Shown one piece after another: positions 11,301-19,382 of a stretch of DNA of 64,000 nt (position 1 is the stretch's first letter; the number at the start of each line of letters is the position of its first letter). Source of the DNA: Auanema rhodensis (Eukaryota > Animalia > Nematoda); assembly GCA_964057225.1 (NCBI GenBank), contig OZ059894.1:18476001-18540000 (forward strand), written 5' to 3'. The notes under the pieces were generated by a model. That model ran no database searches. It was not told the origin of the DNA and worked only from the letters and a program-made list of their open reading frames with translations. Position numbers and translations under genes: made by a program.

Positions 11301-13609
11301 ATCAAAGAGCGTTTGATTTTGATGAAGAGCTTTTGGAATATTGTAGGACAGATGTCCGTATTTTAACCAACTGTATGAAAGTTTACATGAAGTTGGCAAC
11401 CGCCACCACTGGCTGGAACCCTGTCATACAATGTATGACATTTGCCAGTTTCTCTTTATTCCAGGCAAGTTTTTTAAAATACAAGCATTTTCAAAACTAT
11501 TATATTACAGTTGAAAATGAACCACATTAAAGAGAACCAAGTGGGTATTCTGCCCGAGACTGGTTATTATGCCGGTCAAAAGCAGAGTATAATAGCCATA
11601 AAGTATATAAAATGGCTAGAACAAGGATTGGGCCGCCCATTAATGCATAAGCTTAATGGTGGCGAATTTGCAGTGAGAGTAGATGGCCATCGCTATCTAC
11701 TCGATGCTTATGACCCCGTTGCCAATCATGGCTATGAGGTGAGTAATTTGTAATAAATGTAAAAAATGCAAATTTTTGTAGATTAATGGTTGCATTTACC
11801 ATGGTTGCCCCCAGTGCACCAACAAGAGCGCTATAGCACCAGGCAGAAATGGTGAAACAATGGAAGAGGTAATTGTGACTTTTTTAATCATTTTAATTTG
11901 AAAAATTTAGGTTTATGATAAAACCATGAAAAGGCTTGAAGCAATTCAAAGCCAAGGCATTAGTGTTACCACAGTGTGGGAGCACGAAATTAATGCTCAA
12001 ATTTCGGCCAATGAAGAAATGGCGAAATTTATGCGTGAAACAAATGTTGTTACACGCTTGGCACCTAGAGATGCCTTTACCGGTGGCCGCACCCAGACAT
12101 ATAAGCTTTTGGCACAAGCTTCGGATAGATACTCGCTCGAGTATGTGGACTTTTGTTCACTATATCCATATGTCACCGCTTTTGATGCCTATTACCCTGT
12201 AGGTAATCCCAAAGTTATTACTGAGGGTTTCAAAAGCTTTGAGACATGTTGCCCATACAAGGGGCTAGTAAAATGTGACGTGCTTGCACCCACAAATTTG
12301 CTGTACCCTGTATTAGGCACACGTATTGGCGGTAAACTAATTTTTACAAACTGCCGCACTTGTGCAGTCAAAAGTAAAAATGTAGCATGTGAGCACCAGA
12401 ATGATGTAAATGCTAGAAAGCTGCATCTAACTGTGACACATGTTGAGCTCGAGTGTGCCATACAACGTGGCTATAAAGTGCTTAATGTGCATGAGGTGTG
12501 GCACTGGGAAGAATGGCAACAAGGCGGCCTGTTTAAAGAATTTGTACAAAAGTACATCAAAATTAAACAAGAGGCGTCGGGCTGGCCAAAGCCAAACATG
12601 ACAGAGGAAGAAAAGGTATGTTTTAACAAAAGTATCACATTAAATAGAATTTTACAGGTGATTTATCTCCAAGAGCACGAGGAGAACACTGGTGTTGCTC
12701 TGGAGAGCAATAAAATTGAGAAGAATGCTGCCATGCGTAGCATTGCCAAACTGCAGCTAAATAGGTTTGTAAACTTTTTAAAACAATACATTACAAATTT
12801 GCTTATAGTGTCTGGGGTAAAATGGGTCAAAGACCTGATAAAGCCCAAACCAAGATTATTGGTGTTGAGGACCCAGAAATTGGTAGGATCATTACTGATC
12901 CTGCAAGGGAACTCACTGGGTTCAAAATTGTGGATAATGTTGCGTACTGCACAACAGTACCAGAGGATTCACATTTGGCACCACCGCCTTTTACAAATGT
13001 AGCTATTGCGGCCTATACAACCGCTCATGCAAGGCTACTATTGTATAAGGCAATGGAGAAAATTGGAAAGAATTTGGTGTATACAGGTAATGTTATACTT
13101 GTATTCAATTTAAACTTACATTATTTAGACACGGATTCTCTAATTTATCAAAGATGCCTAGATGAGCCAGATCCAATTGAGGATATGAAGGGTGAATGGT
13201 TAGGTAAACTAACCTCTGAAATACCCGATGGCTGGTCAATGACCAAGTTTGTGTCACCAGCGGCAAAAGTTTATAGTTATAAACTTGTAAATGCAGCTGG
13301 TGATGTAAAATATGTAACAAAGGCAAAGGGAGTGGTAAGTACGAGCTTTGACTTTTCAAATAATTTTATAATTTTCAGACGTTGGACCACACGGCAGCGT
13401 CAGTGGTAAACTTTGAAAGTATGGAGCGACTGGTTCGCGGACTCGTTATGGATGGAGAGAAATTGGTTTTAAAAACCAATACGACATTGTTAAAGAGGCA
13501 ACTCGGTGCCATATCCACAATGGATATGACAAAAAGTACTAGAGTTGTAATGGATAAACTTTGTTATCTACAAGATTATAGTACTTTACCCTACGGTTAT
13601 TGTGAATAA
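8389..13609 (+). CDS. pPolB: Protein-primed family B DNA polymerase (pPolB), spliced, ~1369 aa. Exons 8389-8402, 8449-8505, 8552-8674, 8720-8801, 9383-10417, 10463-10636, 10682-11464, 11511-11738, 11782-11868, 11911-12615, 12658-12764, 12809-13086, 13129-13334, 13379-13609
   Basis: Removing 42-46 nt introns (plus one of 581 nt) gives a single 4110-nt frame. Motifs: ExoI FYDFET, ExoII HNGSRFD, ExoIII YCRTDV, motif A DFCSLYP, motif B KLQLNSVWGK and motif C YTDTDS (B and C form only after splicing), KAKG, C-terminal LPYGY. The four 5' exons and the 581-nt intron are less certain than 9383-13609. Confidence 0.93.
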
Positions 13610-13745
13610 TATATTTGAATTTATAAATTTTTATCTTGTATATATTTGTATTTATAAAATTTTATCATTGTACATGTATATTTTTAAAAATAGTTGTATT
13701 AATAAATTTTATTCTTAAATCTTTTAAAGAATTTTATTACATACA
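13610..13745. terminator. AT-rich convergent 3' region of pPolB and MCP with poly(A) signals on both strands
   Basis: AATAAA at 13701 (+) and TTTATT at ~13708 and ~13733 (AATAAA on the - strand). Confidence 0.5.
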
Positions 13746-15080
13746 TTACAAACTGGTATCAATATATGGAGCACGATTGTTGTCAATGGAAAGAATAGAG
13801 TCATACTCTGCATAAACAATTGCATATAAGCCCTCTTGCGGCGTTTGTTGACCAAATTCCAATTTCAAGGCTACATTACCTTGTCGTATAACATCAAATA
13901 ACTCTGACGAATGCACAGTAGGAGAAATATCAAATACAAAAAATGTGAAACCAGCTTTATACATTGCTGGTGTAATACCATTGGATGAATCTGTACGACC
14001 AAGTCCCAAACCTTCCAGCATGTCAATATATGCTGTGGCATAGGAAGATCGCCATTCTAAATTATAAGGACGGGTAGGTATTACCCTATTGTTGAGCGTC
14101 AAGTATATATTTTTCAAATCAAACGGTTTAAAGTTGAATGGCGAATGTTTAAAAGTACCATTATAGGCGTGTGCGCCAACAAGACCTACTACAACACGTT
14201 TTGGTGTGTGAGACGTGAATAATATATTATTAGGTGAATCCAAGCGGCCTCCTTCTATGAAATAAGAGCGCATTTTCACTGATGTCATGGGGTAGTGTAT
14301 TCGATCCTTTGCGAGTTTATCTTCTATAGCCATAGCTAATCCAGCGTTTAGATCAAACTCTTGAATGAGCAAATGTACATCGCTGATATCTACTTTCAAA
14401 TTTGGAAACTCCTCCTTTAATGTAGTATCCTTGTTTTCATTATTCCAGCCTAGAGTGTCAATTAAAAAGTTATCACGGTTTGGATATGCAGTTAGCTCCA
14501 TTTTTGAATAGTTTACAAACAGTCGCTCTTGATTAAATAGGTCGATACTGACGGGAGCAGCCATCTCACACAATATGCCATTTTTTACAAGTGCTTGACG
14601 CGTTCTAAATCCAGCACTGGATGCATTATCTATATATCTATCAGCATAATAGCCTGATATGGCAAGTTTGCTCTCTTTAACATCGTTGCTATACATTAAA
14701 ATATTCTCGATATATGTTTTATAGGCATGATTCACGGTAGAGTCATACACGCTAACATCACCAATTTTCAAATGATACGAATGTATTAAACTGGCAGCAA
14801 ATTGTTGACATGGTGCAAAAACAAGGTTGTCTGGTACTGGATCACCGTTTGTGGTTACAATTTTAAATTTTACATTCAACCAACATCTTCTCAGATTGAG
14901 GAATGATTTGGAATTTTGAGCTATAACAAATTCCCATGGTCCTTGAGGAAGAAAAGTATTTTTCAAAGGGACTTGTACAGTACGAGTGGATTCAACACCT
15001 AATGCCGACGCTGGTATATCACCATAGTTGATATTAGGTAAAAGGGCTTGTGCTGATTTTGAATCTATCAATTTAGCCAT
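13746..15080 (-). CDS. Major capsid protein (double jelly-roll; Polinton PY-type), 444 aa
   Basis: Intact, beta-rich ORF of typical size. Polinton MCP-like segments include PKRVVVGLV, YNGTFKHSPFNFKPF, GFTFFVFDISP and IVYAEYD. Recognised by recollection of the family and by gene context. Confidence 0.88.
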   Translation of the reverse strand: MAKLIDSKSAQALLPNINYGDIPASALGVESTRTVQVPLKNTFLPQGPWEFVIAQNSKSFLNLRRCWLNVKFKIVTTNGDPVPDNLVFAPCQQFAASLIHSYHLKIGDVSVYDSTVNHAYKTYIENILMYSNDVKESKLAISGYYADRYIDNASSAGFRTRQALVKNGILCEMAAPVSIDLFNQERLFVNYSKMELTAYPNRDNFLIDTLGWNNENKDTTLKEEFPNLKVDISDVHLLIQEFDLNAGLAMAIEDKLAKDRIHYPMTSVKMRSYFIEGGRLDSPNNILFTSHTPKRVVVGLVGAHAYNGTFKHSPFNFKPFDLKNIYLTLNNRVIPTRPYNLEWRSSYATAYIDMLEGLGLGRTDSSNGITPAMYKAGFTFFVFDISPTVHSSELFDVIRQGNVALKLEFGQQTPQEGLYAIVYAEYDSILSIDNNRAPYIDTSL

Positions 15081-15533
15081 TTAAATGTGAAACGACCGCT
15101 CACGAGTGATGCACAACCGCTTATGAGGTTTTGTGGTTTTGCGTCGTCGCCGTTTGCCCAAGCCGGTAAGATCTCGTATAGCTTGCCGGCCGGCTGTTTT
15201 AAGAGTTTCCTTGATATTATCGCCTTTCAGCACCCCATTAACAATTTCATTACCAGTTTTCAGCAACTGTCCGCCAAGAGGTGAATTTACAACTGGACTA
15301 TTGCTTACAGCATTGGATAAGGCGTTTCTTCCGGCATTGATGAGATTTTGGGCTATAGGTGATTGAATGATGCGTGGTAGAAATGATGCCAAAGTTGCCA
15401 AAATACCACCCAAACCATGACCCCTCTGCATTCCACGTTGAAACATCATTCCGCTAAATGGGGCGCCACCCATTTGTTGATTTAAAAGTGTTGTCCATTG
15501 AATAGAGTTGACATCCAAAAGGAGGTGCGGCAT
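15081..15533 (-). CDS. Putative virion core / membrane-active protein, 150 aa
   Basis: First ATG at 15533; its stop codon abuts the MCP start. Contains QRGHGLGGILATLASFLPRII, a Polinton-type QxGxG followed by an amphipathic helix, and a basic tail LTGLG-KRRRRK. Confidence 0.78.
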   Translation of the reverse strand: MPHLLLDVNSIQWTTLLNQQMGGAPFSGMMFQRGMQRGHGLGGILATLASFLPRIIQSPIAQNLINAGRNALSNAVSNSPVVNSPLGGQLLKTGNEIVNGVLKGDNIKETLKTAGRQAIRDLTGLGKRRRRKTTKPHKRLCITRERSFHI

Positions 15534-15584
15534 ATCGAACCGCACGCGCGCAATACAAAAGTTACACTAGATCATTCTACTAAA

Positions 15585-16040
15585 ATGTATTCGTCTGAAA
15601 TAGTATCACTATTGCAATCTGTCCCCAGCACTCGGAAACTATTCCTCGGTGTATATAGCGCTGATACTCTACCCAAAACGCGTCGTAAAAACTTTGCACT
15701 TGTCGTAAATACTGACACACATGATAAACCAGGCACACATTGGCAGGTCATCTTTGTCCGTAACAAGCAAGCCTATTTTTTCTGTAGCTTGGGATATAAA
15801 ATGAACAAGTACATTCAAAATTATCTGGCCAAATATAAAAAGGTAAAAATTAATACTTGCAAACCACAACGTTTAATTGAATACACTTGTGGTGGCTATG
15901 TGGTATTTGTAATACTAATGTTGTCGGCTGGTAATTCATTTGAAAGCATTTGTTCATTTTTTAAACTATTGAAAAATGATGATGTCTTTATTAAAGCGTT
16001 TATGCATAAAGTATTCGACTATAAATTGACTACTATATAA
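15585..16040 (+). CDS. Adenain-like (clan CE) cysteine protease for virion maturation, 151 aa
   Basis: FLGVYSAD, VNTD..PGTHW (catalytic His) and PQ.....TCGGY (oxyanion Gln and catalytic Cys). First ATG at 15585. Confidence 0.9.
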   Translation: MYSSEIVSLLQSVPSTRKLFLGVYSADTLPKTRRKNFALVVNTDTHDKPGTHWQVIFVRNKQAYFFCSLGYKMNKYIQNYLAKYKKVKINTCKPQRLIEYTCGGYVVFVILMLSAGNSFESICSFFKLLKNDDVFIKAFMHKVFDYKLTTI

Positions 16041-16245
16041 GAAATTTGTCATTAATAACCTGCTACATTACGTGATCAGTTATGAATATTCCTTGTCACT
16101 GTGAATTATGTGTCAAATACACGTTGGAGCAATCTAAACCAGCGCCTTTATACAGGAGAATGTTGAAATGTATTTCAGTGCCATTTATTAAAGGTATAGC
16201 ATTGGGATTGGGCTTTTGTACAACACTAGTCATATTATTGCTCAT

Positions 16246-16254
16246 TATATAAAA
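16246..16254 (+). promoter_or_regulatory. Candidate TATA box for the zinc-finger gene
   Basis: TATATAAAAG 40-48 bp upstream of the ATG at 16294. The AT-rich background limits certainty. Confidence 0.45.
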
Positions 16255-16293
16255 GTGGGTTGATTGCGTGTGGTCGTTTTTCATTTTCCTCTA

Positions 16294-16758
16294 ATGGAAC
16301 TTTTATGTAACAAATATTGTGGTACATGCAAGGAAATATTTTCTTCAACCAAGCATTTTAGTGATCACGTTTTGAAAAGACATGCAGGGATTCAACCCAT
16401 ATGTAACAATTATATCAGCAATGCTGACTTTATTCAAAAATATGGACATTTGGATGGTGTTCGTAGACGTTTGTGCCCTCATTGTAGTGAAACTTTTGGA
16501 ACAAGATTCAATTGTGAGCGTCATATTCGGCGTATTCATAATAATAATGGAACGAATGGTGAAGATGGTGATGGAAATGATACCAGCAAACCCTTTGAAA
16601 AAGCTGAGGAGTTTGTACATTCAACCCAATCAAAAAGATGCCGCAGCAATAGTGACGGAGAACATTCACAACACGAGCCGAGCGACAAACAAAACTGCCC
16701 TAAACTATCTTTTAAACCTTCGAAAATAAAAATGTGGTATTGTATAACTGTTGAATAA
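16294..16758 (+). CDS. Two-finger C2H2 zinc-finger protein, 154 aa
   Basis: Fingers CGTCKEIFSSTKHFSDHVLKRH and CPHCSETFGTRFNCERHIRRIH, then a low-complexity tail. TATATAAAA lies ~45 bp upstream and AATAAA overlaps the stop. Confidence 0.82.
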   Translation: MELLCNKYCGTCKEIFSSTKHFSDHVLKRHAGIQPICNNYISNADFIQKYGHLDGVRRRLCPHCSETFGTRFNCERHIRRIHNNNGTNGEDGDGNDTSKPFEKAEEFVHSTQSKRCRSNSDGEHSQHEPSDKQNCPKLSFKPSKIKMWYCITVE

Positions 16759-16763
16759 AACGT

Positions 16764-17621
16764 TTATTTCATATTTTTAACATGTAATGTAACAACTGTA
16801 GAACCATAATTAAATTGCATAGGACGACCAAATTCATCTAAAATTTCAATACGTATGGTATCGAGTGTTTGTCTAGTGATTGGTACATAACGAATAGGAT
16901 TAAATGTTTTGGCAATCATTTTACCAAATTCAGTAGGAGGTGGTACAGGTAAACATGCAAGTAAATTAGCTTTCACATTACCAAGAATGGAATATTCTAC
17001 AATATCACAATATATATACATTGTATTAATGTTATTTGAAAAATCAATGGGACGCCTGGCTATTATTGTATCGTTGATGTTTTTATTTTCAAAACCAAGA
17101 AAATATGCAAAATCATCACCAAGCGTTGCATTCATTAATAGTCGCTTGCTTGTTACAAACTCTATGCGCTGCAATGTTTTGTTAAACTGAAATGTGGCAT
17201 CTGCGAGCATTTCTTCCACTAGCTTAGCCTCAGCCTGGCGATTATTATACCATTTTTTTACATCTTCATCTTTATCTATTAAACTTTTTATACGTGCTTC
17301 TTCCTCAGCTCCAAGAGGCTTTGTATTGTTGGCGATAAATGATTCTCTTCCAGCATTGATTCCGCGTATTATTTCATCACCATTTGCATAGTTGCCTTTA
17401 GGCAAGTGTAGAATAAATTTTCTATTGGAAAAACGTAGTGTATAAGATAAATCTTTTTGAACATTTAATATAGAACAAGGAAAAATGATGTCTGTCAGCC
17501 CAATGCAATATCTATTATTGCGTAGCCTTAGTGTTTCAGGTAATCTGGTAAGAAACACTGATGATGTATTACTTTTTTCAGAGTCAACTGATGATGGAAG
17601 AGTAATGTAAAAATCATCCAT
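16764..17621 (-). CDS. Minor capsid protein / penton (single jelly-roll; Polinton PX-type), 285 aa
   Basis: N-terminal FYITLPS and C-terminal YIYCDIVE..ILG...LL, RYVPI, IRIEILDEFGRP..F..G...VTLH are typical of Polinton pentons. Confidence 0.87.
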   Translation of the reverse strand: MDDFYITLPSSVDSEKSNTSSVFLTRLPETLRLRNNRYCIGLTDIIFPCSILNVQKDLSYTLRFSNRKFILHLPKGNYANGDEIIRGINAGRESFIANNTKPLGAEEEARIKSLIDKDEDVKKWYNNRQAEAKLVEEMLADATFQFNKTLQRIEFVTSKRLLMNATLGDDFAYFLGFENKNINDTIIARRPIDFSNNINTMYIYCDIVEYSILGNVKANLLACLPVPPPTEFGKMIAKTFNPIRYVPITRQTLDTIRIEILDEFGRPMQFNYGSTVVTLHVKNMK

Positions 17622-17652
17622 GACAAACCACCACTTGATACGTGTACACTAT

Positions 17653-17672
17653 TGCAAATGAAATCATTTGCA
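17653..17672. promoter_or_regulatory. Palindrome at the centre of the divergent penton/ATPase intergenic region
   Basis: TGCAAATGA-AA-TCATTTGCA has perfect 9-bp arms and sits at the midpoint of the 79-bp gap. Confidence 0.5.
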
Positions 17673-17700
17673 TTTTAGGTACATTTACGAGTGGTTGATT

Positions 17701-18348
17701 ATGGTTTTCAGCTTCAAACTACCCAGTCAGACAACTGTAATAGGTGCTACCCAATGCGGTAAAACAACCCTCATAAAGCACATATGTGAAAATACTGAAA
17801 AGTTTTTCAACGTCCCCATTGATAGAATATTCTGGTTTAGTCAATGTGGGTCATCGTCAGGTGTACCAATAAATGATGAGCGTTTAATAATTATTCAAGG
17901 GCCTCCTGATCCTGATTTGATAAAAGAACAAAAGGGAGTAAATACTATACTAGTGCTGGATGATTTGATGAACTTTTTTTCATCGAATAAAGCAGCAAAG
18001 GAATTACTCAACAACATTTTTACAGTATGGGCTCATCACTGGAATTTGGCAGTGTTTAATCTTGTGCAAGCGGCATTTCAACTGGACAGGACCAGTCGAA
18101 TCAATAGTACATATATAATACTGATGAAAAGTCATTCAGATATATTACAAATACGTAATTGTCTGCAGCAATTATTTGGGCCACGTTTCAAAAATGCTCT
18201 AGAGGCGTATGATGATGCAATGTCTACTCCCTATAGTCATTTACTGATTGACAATCATCCTTTAACAAGTGAGAAGCAGCGTATACTATCTGATATAACA
18301 GCGGAGAACCCTATTGTTTATGTTGCCAGAAATGTGTTTAGTGTTTAA
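17701..18348 (+). CDS. Genome-packaging ATPase (A32/FtsK-HerA-like), 215 aa
   Basis: Walker A GATQCGKT, Walker B ILVLDD, then AHH, LVQ and SRINSTY segments as in Polinton ATPases. First ATG at 17701. Confidence 0.92.
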   Translation: MVFSFKLPSQTTVIGATQCGKTTLIKHICENTEKFFNVPIDRIFWFSQCGSSSGVPINDERLIIIQGPPDPDLIKEQKGVNTILVLDDLMNFFSSNKAAKELLNNIFTVWAHHWNLAVFNLVQAAFQLDRTSRINSTYIILMKSHSDILQIRNCLQQLFGPRFKNALEAYDDAMSTPYSHLLIDNHPLTSEKQRILSDITAENPIVYVARNVFSV

Positions 18349-18360
18349 AGTGCTTGTTCA

Positions 18361-18669
18361 ATGAGTGGTCGTATTTTGTCAAATTTTAACTTTTTGTCTT
18401 CTTGCGCCAAAACTCCTTGTTCTGTTTACTCATTTTCTTTTGCACAAATTGAAATTATTGTTGAAATTGTATTTAATATTGTGAAAAATAATAATTTTCT
18501 TTTAACTAACAAGGAATATAAAACCCTCTTGCCCATATCTTCATTATTACGTCAAATAGCTTTGATACGCACACCGGAAAAGGCTAAATCATTATTGGCA
18601 ACGATTTCACACAAACAATTGAAAACAATAGTTACATGTGGTATTGCCTATTTTGGTTTTAAATCATGA
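18361..18669 (+). CDS. Small Polinton conserved-type hypothetical protein, 102 aa
   Basis: Tightly packed: 12 bp after the ATPase stop, with an ATGA overlap into the next ORF. The IEIIVEIVFNIV segment resembles a small Polinton protein family (recollection only). Confidence 0.68.
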   Translation: MSGRILSNFNFLSSCAKTPCSVYSFSFAQIEIIVEIVFNIVKNNNFLLTNKEYKTLLPISSLLRQIALIRTPEKAKSLLATISHKQLKTIVTCGIAYFGFKS

Positions 18670-19382
18670 AGCTCAACCATAAATATCGACTAATTCCTGT
18701 CGACGAGGAAACAATTAATATAGACAAGTTTGATGCAGAGCTCAAGCTTTTACGAGAAAATAAAGCTATACCCGACTATAAAAAGGCTGAACTATACGAA
18801 GACTTGATTGCTCGTCTCAAAAACTATAGAGAAAGTATAGATGCGCCCATATCAGTACAAGTGGAAAATGCTGATCCACCTCTATTGCCAGAATACAAGT
18901 TGCCAAGAAAGTATAACAATTTGTGGGAGAAATTTCCAGAGGTGCGCACAAACAAGAGTAATCAACTTGTGATTAATAATGAGGCTGTACCAAACACGAA
19001 TATTACAAAAATTTTAGATTTTGTATTGGATAAAACAAAAACGGAGCCCAATGGATTTTCAGTCTTGTCAAAGTTTTTAGCCAGTAAAGGCGTACCTAGT
19101 TCTAACAAGAAACAAACTAGAAGAGAGTCGGCTGACAATGATTCAGTTGACGTTGTAACTAGAGCTGAACCGGCTGTTACAGACTTGGACTCTACTATAT
19201 TACCTAGAACGCCTCGTCATCGTAAAGCTGTTATTAGATATTCACCATCACCGGTTCGTACACTCAAAAGTAAAAGGTCAAAGACTTTTGATACTGCCGC
19301 CGAATCATATTACACACCACAAGAAGGAAACTCACAGAATGGCCAAGGTCGTAAAAGGTTCTACATTAGATTATGGAAATGA
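18666..19382 (+). CDS. Hypothetical putative core protein, 238 aa
   Basis: Intact ORF between the ATPase cluster and the integrase. Begins KYRLIP, has a basic S/T-P-rich C-terminal half, and ends QNGQG-RKRFYIRLWK. Confidence 0.75.
   Translation: MKLNHKYRLIPVDEETINIDKFDAELKLLRENKAIPDYKKAELYEDLIARLKNYRESIDAPISVQVENADPPLLPEYKLPRKYNNLWEKFPEVRTNKSNQLVINNEAVPNTNITKILDFVLDKTKTEPNGFSVLSKFLASKGVPSSNKKQTRRESADNDSVDVVTRAEPAVTDLDSTILPRTPRHRKAVIRYSPSPVRTLKSKRSKTFDTAAESYYTPQEGNSQNGQGRKRFYIRLWK

Noticed and set aside
9425-13609. pPolB as a frameshifted pseudogene or several separate genes
   Set aside because: Every break is explained by a 42-46 nt intron with valid splice sites, and splicing restores the conserved motifs.
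9361-17391. Numerous short overlapping or antisense ORFs (for example 9361-9669, 10732-11049, 15133-15366, 16382-16729, 16909-17190)
   Set aside because: They lie on top of well-supported genes in other frames or strands and have no recognisable motifs.
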